This document shows positions 21,318 through 29,079 of a stretch of DNA of 32,000 nt, in pieces. The stretch spans positions 90,001-122,000 of the forward strand of contig NC_015931.1 in assembly GCF_000223395.1 (NCBI RefSeq), given 5' to 3'. Both the position numbers and the translations under genes were made by a program. This DNA is from Pyrolobus fumarii 1A (GTDB lineage Archaea > Thermoproteota > Thermoprotei_A > Sulfolobales > Pyrodictiaceae). Under the pieces are notes generated by a model. That model was not told the origin of the DNA. It made no database searches and saw only the letters and a list, made by a program, of their open reading frames with translations. The first letter of the stretch is position 1; each line of letters opens with the position of its first letter.

Positions 21318-22055
21318 ATGAAGATAATCGTCGAGATTGAACCGACTCGCAACATTTCAAAATTAGAATCTCTCGTGAGGACAATAACTGAGATACCCTG
21401 CATCGATATGGTAGCTGTCCCAGACGCGCCTCTCGGCAAGCCAAAGGTACTGGGCGTTATGCTCGCATCTTTCTTTGAACACGCCGGCATTCCGACTATA
21501 GCGCACGTGAGGCTACGCGACATGAATATGGTTCTTTTCGAGCAAGTGGTATGGGGAGCATACATAGCCGGTGTAACCAGGCTCCTGTTCCTTAGAGGCG
21601 ATCCACCCGCAAAAGGTCGCGATGTAAATGAGGTTACCAGCGAATATGCCGTCGAGTATGTGAAGAGGCATGATAAGCTGAGTTCACGCATCAAAGCAGG
21701 GATATATCTCAGTATGCGTTGGGGTGTAGAGAAAGCACTCGAACGCGTTATGAAGACACGAGCAGACTTCTATACGGTGAACAGGCTGGACCCACAACTA
21801 AGTGAGCACGTAGAGTTTGTCAAGAAGGCGAAAACGACTGGAGCCCAGATATTCGCATACCTCATAACAGCCAGATCCTCTCAATTGGAGAAGCTACGTG
21901 CTATACTAGAAGGTCAACCTGTCAGACCTCTCGAGAAGCTTGACGACTATATCAGGGCGTTTCGAGATAGTGGCGTAGACGGCGTAGTACTCTCGTCGCC
22001 TCTGGACATACGCGCGTTGTTACAGATACTCAAAGAGACTTGCAACGATGCATAA
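21318..22055 (+). CDS. Methylenetetrahydrofolate reductase (MetF)-like TIM-barrel protein
   Basis: 245 aa. IVEIEPTR...IDMVAVPDAPLG...IPTIAHVRLRDMN...GVTRLLFLRGDPP resembles the MTHFR pattern (fvsvT, hltcrd-x-n, LaLRGDpp). The assignment is by pattern only. Confidence 0.45.
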   Translation: MKIIVEIEPTRNISKLESLVRTITEIPCIDMVAVPDAPLGKPKVLGVMLASFFEHAGIPTIAHVRLRDMNMVLFEQVVWGAYIAGVTRLLFLRGDPPAKGRDVNEVTSEYAVEYVKRHDKLSSRIKAGIYLSMRWGVEKALERVMKTRADFYTVNRLDPQLSEHVEFVKKAKTTGAQIFAYLITARSSQLEKLRAILEGQPVRPLEKLDDYIRAFRDSGVDGVVLSSPLDIRALLQILKETCNDA

Positions 22056-22164
22056 ATAGGACGTTACACAGCTACATGTTAACTCCAGCGCTAAAGACAT
22101 AGAGACAAACATGAGTATTCAAAAGAGGAAAATACTCGCCTTCTGCACAAACTCGGAGTTTTAT

Positions 22165-22220
22165 GGCCGTGATGAGGAGCTGGCGAGGCGACCTGTGAGC
22201 GCACAACTAGGGGCTGAGCC
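22165..22220 (+). ncRNA. Box C/D sRNA (dual guide)
   Basis: It reads GGC-c-GUGAUGA(22169-75)-GGAGCUGGCGAG-GCGA(22188-91)-ccu-GUGAGCG(22195-201)-CACAACUAGGGG-CUGA(22214-17)-GCC. Geometry is exactly 7+12+4+3+7+12+4 with a 3-bp terminal stem. Both guides are complementary to segments I recall from crenarchaeal 16S rRNA. Confidence 0.7.
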
Positions 22221-22225
22221 TTCAC

Positions 22226-22233
22226 TATAAAAA
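22226..22233 (+). promoter_or_regulatory. TATA box (TATAAAAA) for the Zn-ribbon/168-aa gene pair
   Basis: This strong AT box lies 35-42 nt upstream of the GTG at 22268. Confidence 0.45.
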
Positions 22234-22267
22234 GGAGGTTCTTTGGTGCCGCTCGCGGGGGAGGGCT

Positions 22268-22510
22268 GTGTCTACAGCTGGCTTGAAGGGCATCAACGCG
22301 TTTGGCCATTTAGGCTGGATTACCAGGAAGTGTAGAATATGCGCCCTCAAGATAGACATAACTAGGGATCTACACTACGTATGCACACATTGTAAGGACA
22401 AATACGATGCCTACTTCTGTCCTGCTGATGCAAAGAGACTACATTACCGCTGCCCATTCTGTGGTAGAGAGCTAGTGCCTGTCAATGCCGCCCTTTATCA
22501 GCCACGCTGA
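22268..22510 (+). CDS. Small Zn-ribbon protein
   Basis: 80 aa. CRICALK...CTHCKDKYDAYFCPADAKRLHYRCPFCG contains three CxxC pairs. Its stop overlaps the next ATG (TGATG). Confidence 0.5.
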   Translation: MSTAGLKGINAFGHLGWITRKCRICALKIDITRDLHYVCTHCKDKYDAYFCPADAKRLHYRCPFCGRELVPVNAALYQPR

Positions 22511-23016
22511 TGTCGCGAAACGGGCAGCCCGCCATGCTCGGTGACTATTATCGGGTTCTCGGTATAGCCGAACAACCCAAGGTGGAACATGGGCCGAATG
22601 GCGTCCTTTATTACTGGTTTGAGGTTTTTAGGCGAGCGACGCTGACGCCGTCCAAGTTCCCTTGCTGGCATATAACGTTGGATGTGTACGTGGAGGGATA
22701 CCCCGGAATATGCATAACCCGCATGAACAACATAGTTTCGATTAACGACTCCAGGATACATTACTGCGATCTGTCTATGCTCCTTAGACCGGTGTGTAGC
22801 CACATAAATAACGCGTGGATCGAGATACTCGAAGTAGAAGGTAGTATAGAAACAATCTCAATACACATTGACATATGTGGCTTCGCAGAGCCACCACCAT
22901 ACGAGCTTGTAGAGGCTATACACAACGCTGCCACCATGTTGATAGAGAGACGAGACCCGCGCTCTACCCCATTATGGATTGACGTAAAGCACCTAATGCA
23001 ATATAAGCGGGCATAG
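22510..23016 (+). CDS. Hypothetical protein
   Basis: 168-aa ORF with an ATG that overlaps the upstream stop codon by 1 nt. No recognisable domain. Confidence 0.5.
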   Translation: MSRNGQPAMLGDYYRVLGIAEQPKVEHGPNGVLYYWFEVFRRATLTPSKFPCWHITLDVYVEGYPGICITRMNNIVSINDSRIHYCDLSMLLRPVCSHINNAWIEILEVEGSIETISIHIDICGFAEPPPYELVEAIHNAATMLIERRDPRSTPLWIDVKHLMQYKRA

Positions 23017-23043
23017 TTATTGTTAGCTTCTGGGCCCCCGTGA

Positions 23044-23084
23044 CTCCCCCGTGTCCCGGGGCTATCTAGGGATGAACGGGGGAG
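23044..23084. other. GC-rich stem-loop with a 9-bp perfect stem, in a convergent spacer
   Basis: CTCCCCCGT (23044-52) pairs with ACGGGGGAG (23076-84). An inner TCCC/GGGA pairing is possible. It is followed by GGAG...GCGGCCGC...CTCC. Confidence 0.3.
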
Positions 23085-23137
23085 CCTTGCGGCCGCCTCC
23101 ACTTAACCATGTTTTCACTTTCATGCCGCCGGCTATC

Positions 23138-24316
23138 TCAGAACACTTCTACGTATACCGCCTTTAGATACTCTAGATGCTCCGCGTGGTATCGTTGAGG
23201 ATGATCCGGAGGCATGCCCCTAACTGAACCCACTAGACGGTATTGTTTGCCCGCCCTAAGGACGCTTCTTGCAACAATTTCGAGAAAGTCGTTACGTGTT
23301 AGGAACGCAGAGCAGCTACTCATAAACGCTATGCTAGAAGCTAGCTTAGCAACATTGCTAAACAATCGTTCGTAAGCTTGTTTTCCTCTCTCGTAATGCT
23401 CCCTCGCTTGTATAAACGCTGGCGGATCAGCAATGACGATACCATATTGGCTTTTCTCTCTACGCAAGTATCTCCATACATTATCTTGCACTATCACCGC
23501 CTTATCCTCGTTTATACCGTTTAAGCGCAAGTTCTCTCTCAGTACAGCTAGCGCATGCTCATCCTCGTCAACAAATACGACTTTTCTTGCTCCCGCTACA
23601 AGTGCATGAATACCAAAACCACCCGTATAGCTGAATAAATCTAAGACTACCTCGCCGCTCGAGTACCTCTCTACCTCGATACGATTGAGACGCTGATCTA
23701 GGAAAAATCCTGTCTTCTGCCCTTTTCTCACATCAACCACGAAACGCACTCCACCCTCGCGTATAATGGTGCGCGTCTTAGAGCCGCGTAGCAAGCGCTC
23801 ACGCGGCTCCAGACCTATATCTCGCCTTGTACGTTGCGTGCTTTTCTCATAGACATGCTCTACACCCACGACTTTACTCACAACATCAACTATGATGTCC
23901 ATATGCACGTCCCATACTATGCTGCTAGACTGTATAACAGCGATGTCGTTATACACATCTATTATCAATCCGGGCATTAGATCCGCATCACTATGAACTA
24001 GACGATATGCTGGCTCATCCTCCTTAGTGTAGCCCAACCGCTCTCTATAACGTAACGCCCGCTCTATCAGATGCTCTATTGCCTCGCGCGGAGACTTGAA
24101 TGGACAGCTACCAAACCAGACCATTCTCACAGCAACGGGGCCTACGTTATCATAGAGCCCGCAGCCCAGCAACTCTCCTCTTGACGACTCTACAACCACA
24201 AGTTCGCCCGGACGCAGTCCCCGCGGCGCTTCAACCCACTTTCGATAGACAAGTGCGCCTCCCTCGCTAACCACCTTGGCTCCTAACCCATACACAAGAA
24301 CTGCAGGGAGAACCAT
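23138..24316 (-). CDS. RlmI-like SAM-dependent RNA (cytosine-C5) methyltransferase with an N-terminal PUA-like domain (COG1092)
   Basis: 392 aa. It has VLDLFSYTGGFGIHA (SAM motif I), VFVDEDE and IVIADPPAF (motif IV). The N-terminal region GELVVVESSRGELLGCGLY is PUA-like. Confidence 0.78.
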   Translation of the reverse strand: MVLPAVLVYGLGAKVVSEGGALVYRKWVEAPRGLRPGELVVVESSRGELLGCGLYDNVGPVAVRMVWFGSCPFKSPREAIEHLIERALRYRERLGYTKEDEPAYRLVHSDADLMPGLIIDVYNDIAVIQSSSIVWDVHMDIIVDVVSKVVGVEHVYEKSTQRTRRDIGLEPRERLLRGSKTRTIIREGGVRFVVDVRKGQKTGFFLDQRLNRIEVERYSSGEVVLDLFSYTGGFGIHALVAGARKVVFVDEDEHALAVLRENLRLNGINEDKAVIVQDNVWRYLRREKSQYGIVIADPPAFIQAREHYERGKQAYERLFSNVAKLASSIAFMSSCSAFLTRNDFLEIVARSVLRAGKQYRLVGSVRGMPPDHPQRYHAEHLEYLKAVYVEVF

Positions 24317-24384
24317 CCATATTCTCCGAGGATTAGGCCCGCTACAGGAAGCCCTAGTAACCCTCTATGCACACTGCAGGATGG

Positions 24385-25299
24385 TCAAAGACGCAGTGGG
24401 TGTATTAGTAGCGGCCTAGCCGCATATACACAATTTCCGAAATTTCGCCTGGCCTCAGTTTCAAACACATCCAATTCGCGATACCTTGCACTGAAGTGAG
24501 TGAGAGCAAGACACTTTACACCGGCTTTTGCGGCAACCAGCCCAGCCTCCAATGCAGTGCTGTGTCCCTTCTCATGTGCCTCGCTTGCCTCACTCTCTAG
24601 AAAGGTAGACTCGTGTATCAACAGATCAGCACCTCGCGCCACGTCTATGACCGTTTTACAGGGCCGAGTATCGCCAGTGTAGACTACGCGCACACCCGGC
24701 CTCGGCTCCTCTAGCACATCTTCGGGCCTCACAAGAACACCATTAACTATTACACTCTCACCGCGCTTCACGCGAGATAGGTAAGGCCCAGGCTTTAAGC
24801 CAAGTTCTTTAAGTTTCTCAAGCTTAACACGCCCAGGTCTCGGCTTCTCCTCAAAGACATACCCGTACGCCGCTACATGTCCGTGACAGACGCGAAAAGC
24901 CTTGATAACCACACGATTATCTTCATACACGACACCCTCTTCTACCTCCCGAAACACGATGTCAAAGCTCCTAACATGACCCGTCAGCCGCTCAACAATC
25001 TCTATATACTCTAGCAACCCACGAGGACCAATTACGAACAATTCCTCTCTACGACCACCCATGGTCATAGATTGCAAGAGCCCTGCCAGTCCGAGAAAAT
25101 GGTCACCATGCATATGCGTCACTGCCACAACCTTAACACGAAGCGGGCTCAGCCCGGCTTCTACAAGCCTCTCTTGCGTACCTTCGCCGACGTCAAATAG
25201 GTACACTAGACCACGGTACATCACAGCTATTGACGGTAAGCCTCTACCATACGCTGGTACAGCCGCACTAACGCCCAGATACACCACGCCTACCTCCAC
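24385..25299 (-). CDS. rnz: Ribonuclease Z (tRNA 3' endonuclease)
   Basis: 304 aa. It has the metallo-beta-lactamase motif THMHGDHFLGLAGLL, YTGDTRP, and LTHFSARY. Confidence 0.9.
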   Translation of the reverse strand: MEVGVVYLGVSAAVPAYGRGLPSIAVMYRGLVYLFDVGEGTQERLVEAGLSPLRVKVVAVTHMHGDHFLGLAGLLQSMTMGGRREELFVIGPRGLLEYIEIVERLTGHVRSFDIVFREVEEGVVYEDNRVVIKAFRVCHGHVAAYGYVFEEKPRPGRVKLEKLKELGLKPGPYLSRVKRGESVIVNGVLVRPEDVLEEPRPGVRVVYTGDTRPCKTVIDVARGADLLIHESTFLESEASEAHEKGHSTALEAGLVAAKAGVKCLALTHFSARYRELDVFETEARRNFGNCVYAARPLLIHPLRL

Positions 25300-25365
25300 A
25301 CTACACCACCCATCTGAAGATCAACATCTAGCTCATAAACCAAGGCTACACGCTCTAACACGATG

Positions 25366-25426
25366 GCGGCTGTGAGGAGAATGGTTGCCCCCCGATAGGT
25401 GAGGATGGTTTCGCGCACCGAGCCGC
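25366..25426 (+). ncRNA. Candidate box C/D sRNA with variant boxes (GUGAGGA / CCGA)
   Basis: It reads GCGGC-u-GUGAGGA(25372-78)-GAAUGGUUGCCCC-CCGA(25392-95)-uag-GUGAGGA(25399-405)-UGGUUUCGCGCA-CCGA(25418-21)-GCCGC. There is a 5-bp terminal stem and the spacers are 13 and 12 nt. A TCATAAAC box lies 26-33 nt upstream. Confidence 0.6.
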
Positions 25427-25429
25427 AAG

Positions 25430-25437
25430 TATAATTA
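25430..25437 (+). promoter_or_regulatory. TATA-like element (TATAATTA) for the AbrB-like gene
   Basis: It lies about 28-40 nt upstream of the GTG at 25465 or the ATG at 25477. Confidence 0.35.
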
Positions 25438-25464
25438 GTCAAGCCCCATGGGTGCACATTCACT

Positions 25465-25653
25465 GTGGTGGAAAACATGAGCACAAGCCAGAGATACGAA
25501 GGTATTGTAGAGAAGGATGAGAAGGGTTTCCTGGTACGCCTTCCGGACGAGCTAGTACAAGTAATGAGGTGGAAGGAGGGCGACAAGATAATAGTTGAGA
25601 TGAGTGAATGGCGAGGGCGCCTAGTAGTCGTGCTATACAAGCCTTACCGCTAA
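25465..25653 (+). CDS. AbrB/SpoVT-family small DNA-binding protein
   Basis: 62 aa. FLVRLPDELVQVMRWKEGDKIIVE matches the swapped-hairpin AbrB/MazE pattern (ipkeir-x-x-lgl-x-x-GD-x-v-x-v). No toxin-like partner is adjacent. The start may be the ATG at 25477. Confidence 0.55.
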   Translation: MVENMSTSQRYEGIVEKDEKGFLVRLPDELVQVMRWKEGDKIIVEMSEWRGRLVVVLYKPYR

Positions 25654-25718
25654 AGCATAACAGGACAAGCCAACATAAGGAGATTTTTAGGATATAAAAA
25701 TCGTTGCATCTTGACTCG

Positions 25719-26192
25719 CTACTCGATAAACACCGTCTTACCCTCATACTTCGTGATTCTCAATGCACGGATACGCCTAGCTAGCTTCACAGCCGCTTCC
25801 ACGGCTCGGCGCGCATACTCCTCTACTCTAGCTTGAGCCTGCAACCTTGTAGCTCCGGGTCCTATAACGCCCAGTGTTACAGGTTTTCCTTTCTCAACTC
25901 CCAGGTCCAACATCTTACGAGCAGCTTGATTCGCAACGACCTCATCATGCTTAGTCTCGCCTTTTATGACAGCGCCGATAACCGCAACAGCATCCACATC
26001 TGGCTTCTCGAGTAGCTCTGCAACAGCGTAGGGTGCGTCATATACTCCTGGCACCTTGACGACATACGTTACTTCAGCATCGAGGAACTTTGCATGACTC
26101 AAGGCTTTCTTTAACATCAACTCCGTGATATCATAGTTGAACTCTGATACCACTATCGCCAACCTAACTTTGCCCGCCTTGTTTTCGTTCAT
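25719..26192 (-). CDS. ribH: 6,7-dimethyl-8-ribityllumazine synthase
   Basis: [53 protein letters not shown] chose the ATG at 26192. The longest ORF starts at 26219, and a TTG at 26162 would abut the upstream stop. Confidence 0.9.
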   Translation of the reverse strand: MNENKAGKVRLAIVVSEFNYDITELMLKKALSHAKFLDAEVTYVVKVPGVYDAPYAVAELLEKPDVDAVAVIGAVIKGETKHDEVVANQAARKMLDLGVEKGKPVTLGVIGPGATRLQAQARVEEYARRAVEAAVKLARRIRALRITKYEGKTVFIE

Positions 26193-26694
26193 GTTTGTGC
26201 CCACCCCTCTCCCCCTCAACAGCCATTATGCTCTTGGCTACACCCTCAGCTATTCTGCGCTGTGTATCATAAACGCTTTCTAATAACAGGAACGCACTAC
26301 GAATGTTCTCAGCTGCCTCATTAATATCTCCAAGCTGAGCGCAGATTACTACCTGCCCCCGCTGCACATTCACCTTTATACCCTTCTTTTTAAGAGCCGA
26401 GATTAACGACGATAATCCTGGCATGTTTTCAAGCCTTGTCCTACAACAAAGGCTCTCATTCTCGATCATTATCTCCGAGCACCCACCAACACCAGTGCAT
26501 ATCGCCTGAAGTTTTCTCACAACGTTCTCGTCAAACTTCTCAGCCAGCTCACGTACACTACTATCGCACTCGCCAGCATGACATATCACATATACATCGA
26601 AAGAACCTATGTTCTTCCGTATGCACGACTCCTCGCACACAACACCATACTTTAAGCCACTCATGCATATACGTACTTCAATTATTCTGCCCAA
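26164..26694 (-). CDS. Cysteine-rich hypothetical protein
   Basis: 176 aa, or 166 aa from the ATG at 26664. It has ten Cys, including CEESC, CHAGEC, CTGVGGC and CC. It is packed between thpR (1-nt gap) and ribH (overlap). No family was recognised. Confidence 0.45.
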   Translation of the reverse strand: MGRIIEVRICMSGLKYGVVCEESCIRKNIGSFDVYVICHAGECDSSVRELAEKFDENVVRKLQAICTGVGGCSEIMIENESLCCRTRLENMPGLSSLISALKKKGIKVNVQRGQVVICAQLGDINEAAENIRSAFLLLESVYDTQRRIAEGVAKSIMAVEGERGGHKHERKQGGQS

Positions 26695-26695
26695 A

Positions 26696-27283
26696 CTATT
26701 CGCCCTCCACAGCTGTAACCTCTTTCAACGTTTTGTATATTGGTCCCCGAGGTGTTAGAATACTCTGCTTCAACCTCACAACCCTAACCTCAAACTCGCC
26801 AAGCTCTACATCAGCATATTCTTGTAGCAATTTCACCACGCGTTCTATATTCCTACTACCTTTTATCCTTGCAAGCGTCACGTGAGGAACAAACTCTTCC
26901 CTTTCCGGCCTAAACCCCATTCTCCTAAGACCACTCTCTATTTCACGATACAACCTTTGCAATTCATCACTACCTTCCCTCACACCTACCCAGATAACAC
27001 GCGGTCTCGTTATGCTGGGAAATGCACCAACTCCCACCAGCCTAATCCGGAATCTACGAAAACGCAACTTTGACAACACATTCGCATAGATGTCCTCGAT
27101 TAACGTTGACGGGATTTCACCAAGGAACCTTAAAGTTATATGCATATTGTAATCCTCTACGGGTTTCATCGGCGTGCCAGTATTCACGAAGAGATCACGT
27201 ATCTGTACGAGCCTAGAGACCACCTGAGGATCATCAATATCGACTGCAATGAAAGCACGTATCTTGTCCCATCGTGACGCCAT
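26696..27283 (-). CDS. thpR: RNA 2',3'-cyclic phosphodiesterase (2H family, ThpR/LigT)
   Basis: 195 aa with the two H-x-T/S-x motifs, HITLRFLGE and HVTLARI, at the expected spacing. Confidence 0.85.
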   Translation of the reverse strand: MASRWDKIRAFIAVDIDDPQVVSRLVQIRDLFVNTGTPMKPVEDYNMHITLRFLGEIPSTLIEDIYANVLSKLRFRRFRIRLVGVGAFPSITRPRVIWVGVREGSDELQRLYREIESGLRRMGFRPEREEFVPHVTLARIKGSRNIERVVKLLQEYADVELGEFEVRVVRLKQSILTPRGPIYKTLKEVTAVEGE

Positions 27284-27459
27284 ACGAGGCCCTTCCCGCC
27301 TATCGCCAGACAGCTAAACCATATAAGGAGTCCTCGCACGAAGAGAGTACCTACACACTAGCCGTTAAACCACCAGCACGATGATACTATTTTACTCTAA
27401 ATTACAAGGCACGGATGGGAAGAAAACCAAGGAAGACAACATAGGAGGTTTCAATTCCT

Positions 27460-27945
27460 TTACACTCGCTCCTCAGCTATCTCGCCACGCTCCTCCAGCT
27501 TGCGTATAGCCTCAGCTAGCTCGTGTAACAGCTCAGCAGGCGACTCAAATTCATCCTTCTTTACTTCATCGAGTATCTTTGACATTGGTACGCCCATCCA
27601 GTATAGATCCTTTAGACGCTCCGCGATGATCTCCTTCTTCACGGGGAAGTCCAGGCCACGAATCCTTTTCAGAACCTCAACAGCCCAGTTGATACCCTTC
27701 TTACTGGTCACCGGTATCTCGCCACGCTCCTCCAGCTTATGAATCGCCTGGGATATTTCGTGCAACAGCTCGGCTGGCGACTCAAATTCTTCCTTGGGTA
27801 TCTCGTCTAGTATCTTTGTCATTGGTATGCCGCGCCAGTAGAGGTCCTTCAGACGCTCCTTTATCACATCCTTCTTGACTGGGAAGTCTAGGCCGCGGAT
27901 GCGCTTCAGTACCTCAGCCGCCCAGCTGATACCGCGTCTAGCCAT
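27460..27945 (-). CDS. Tandem DUF2795-domain protein
   Basis: 161 aa made of two ~79-aa repeats. Each contains GLDFPVKK...ILDE...EFESPAELLHE, which matches the DUF2795 pattern (G-x-x-FPa-x-K...y-x-sp-x-d). Confidence 0.65.
   Translation of the reverse strand: MARRGISWAAEVLKRIRGLDFPVKKDVIKERLKDLYWRGIPMTKILDEIPKEEFESPAELLHEISQAIHKLEERGEIPVTSKKGINWAVEVLKRIRGLDFPVKKEIIAERLKDLYWMGVPMSKILDEVKKDEFESPAELLHELAEAIRKLEERGEIAEERV
27479..27945 (-). repeat. Internal tandem duplication, period 237 nt (2 copies)
   Basis: The string atctcgccacgctcctccagctt recurs at 27479 and 27716. In my hand alignment 57 of 72 aligned residues are identical between the two halves. Confidence 0.85.
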
Positions 27946-28076
27946 CTGCCTTCACCTCTCCATAAGCATGGATACTAGGGATTTGACATTATAAATTAGT
28001 TTGGGTTCTCGGCGCTACCTCAAGCCGCAAATACACCTTATCATGGCGTAAGGGATAGACCCTAGCCCGGGCGGTC

Positions 28077-28760
28077 TTGATGCTAAACATACTAGAATCA
28101 CAAGAAGCGTCGCGTATCTTACGCCGCATAATAGAGCGTATTGATGGTGTATTGTCGCGGCGTGAAGAACTACGCGACAACATGATACGCAAGTCACGCG
28201 AGGTAATACGGTATTCCGGCTGGGCTATCAACGCCGTATTGAGAGGACGTCTAGACGAGGCACGCGAACATCTAAAACAGTTAGATGAGGCATTTAGAGA
28301 GTTTCTACACTATGCCAAGCAGGATGAGAGGCTGTTCCATAGCGGACTTGTGGACTCTACTCTAGCGGAGTATGTTGAAGCTAAGCTACTCTACTCGCTC
28401 GTAATAGAGGCTCGTCTACCGACGCCTGAGGAGCTTGGCGTACCCGAGATACCCTATCTTCAGGGTCTCGGAGACGTTATTGGCGAGCTGCGGAGACTTG
28501 CCTTAGATAGGATGAGGATCGACGATACTGAGACCGCAGCTAAACTACTAGAGCTTATGGAGGCGCTCTACAACGAGATGCGTAGCCTGGAGTACCCAGA
28601 TGCCCTTATGCCTGGAGTTAGACACAAAGTTGACGTTGCACGCCGGCTCATTGATGATACAAAAGCGTTGCTTATAGAGGTTAAGGGGCGGCGTACGATT
28701 CTACGTCTTCTTGAGAAGGGTATTGGGGGTGGAGATGGCGGAGAAAAGGGATCCAGTTGA
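28077..28760 (+). CDS. Translin-family protein (COG2178)
   Basis: 227 aa and all-helical. YLQGLGDVIGELRRLAL matches the translin/TRAX core motif (Y-L-x-G-x-x-D-x-x-GEL-x-R). TTG-ATG start. Confidence 0.7.
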   Translation: MMLNILESQEASRILRRIIERIDGVLSRREELRDNMIRKSREVIRYSGWAINAVLRGRLDEAREHLKQLDEAFREFLHYAKQDERLFHSGLVDSTLAEYVEAKLLYSLVIEARLPTPEELGVPEIPYLQGLGDVIGELRRLALDRMRIDDTETAAKLLELMEALYNEMRSLEYPDALMPGVRHKVDVARRLIDDTKALLIEVKGRRTILRLLEKGIGGGDGGEKGSS

Positions 28761-29070
28761 GGCTTTTCTAGCAGCACTCCGAATCTATCTGAAAGAGCGG
28801 GGTCACATGCTGTTCTCTTTTAGCGGGGCTGGAAGCCAGACTATCGTTCGTCTTGCCCTTAGAGGCTTATGGCGTAGACACGATACTAGTACAGGCTACA
28901 TTAAATTCATGGATGCCGTCCGCGAGATACGCCGTAACCCAGAAGCTTTGGAGAGGCTCAGAGAGTATGGCATACTGCAATTCGAGGTGTTTGAAGGCGA
29001 GCCATACGCGATAGTGGACCTGCGGCGATTAAGACGCCTCTATGAAGAGGCGTTAAAAGAGGAAGATTAA
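28735..29070 (+). CDS. Hypothetical protein
   Basis: 111 aa from the ATG at 28735. It overlaps the end of the translin gene by 26 nt. No motif was recognised. Confidence 0.4.
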   Translation: MAEKRDPVEAFLAALRIYLKERGHMLFSFSGAGSQTIVRLALRGLWRRHDTSTGYIKFMDAVREIRRNPEALERLREYGILQFEVFEGEPYAIVDLRRLRRLYEEALKEED

Positions 29071-29079
29071 GAGATAGTT

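Noticed and set aside
21260-21694. 144-aa ORF antisense to the start of the MetF-like gene
   Set aside because: It overlaps a better-supported plus-strand gene with recognisable motifs. It starts inside that gene and stops 18 nt short of the tRNA-Ala 5' end, in its upstream region, with no motifs of its own.
22761-23102. 113-aa minus-strand ORF covering the GC-rich stem-loop
   Set aside because: It is mostly antisense to the 168-aa gene, and the remainder is the structured spacer. There is no start-codon context or motif.
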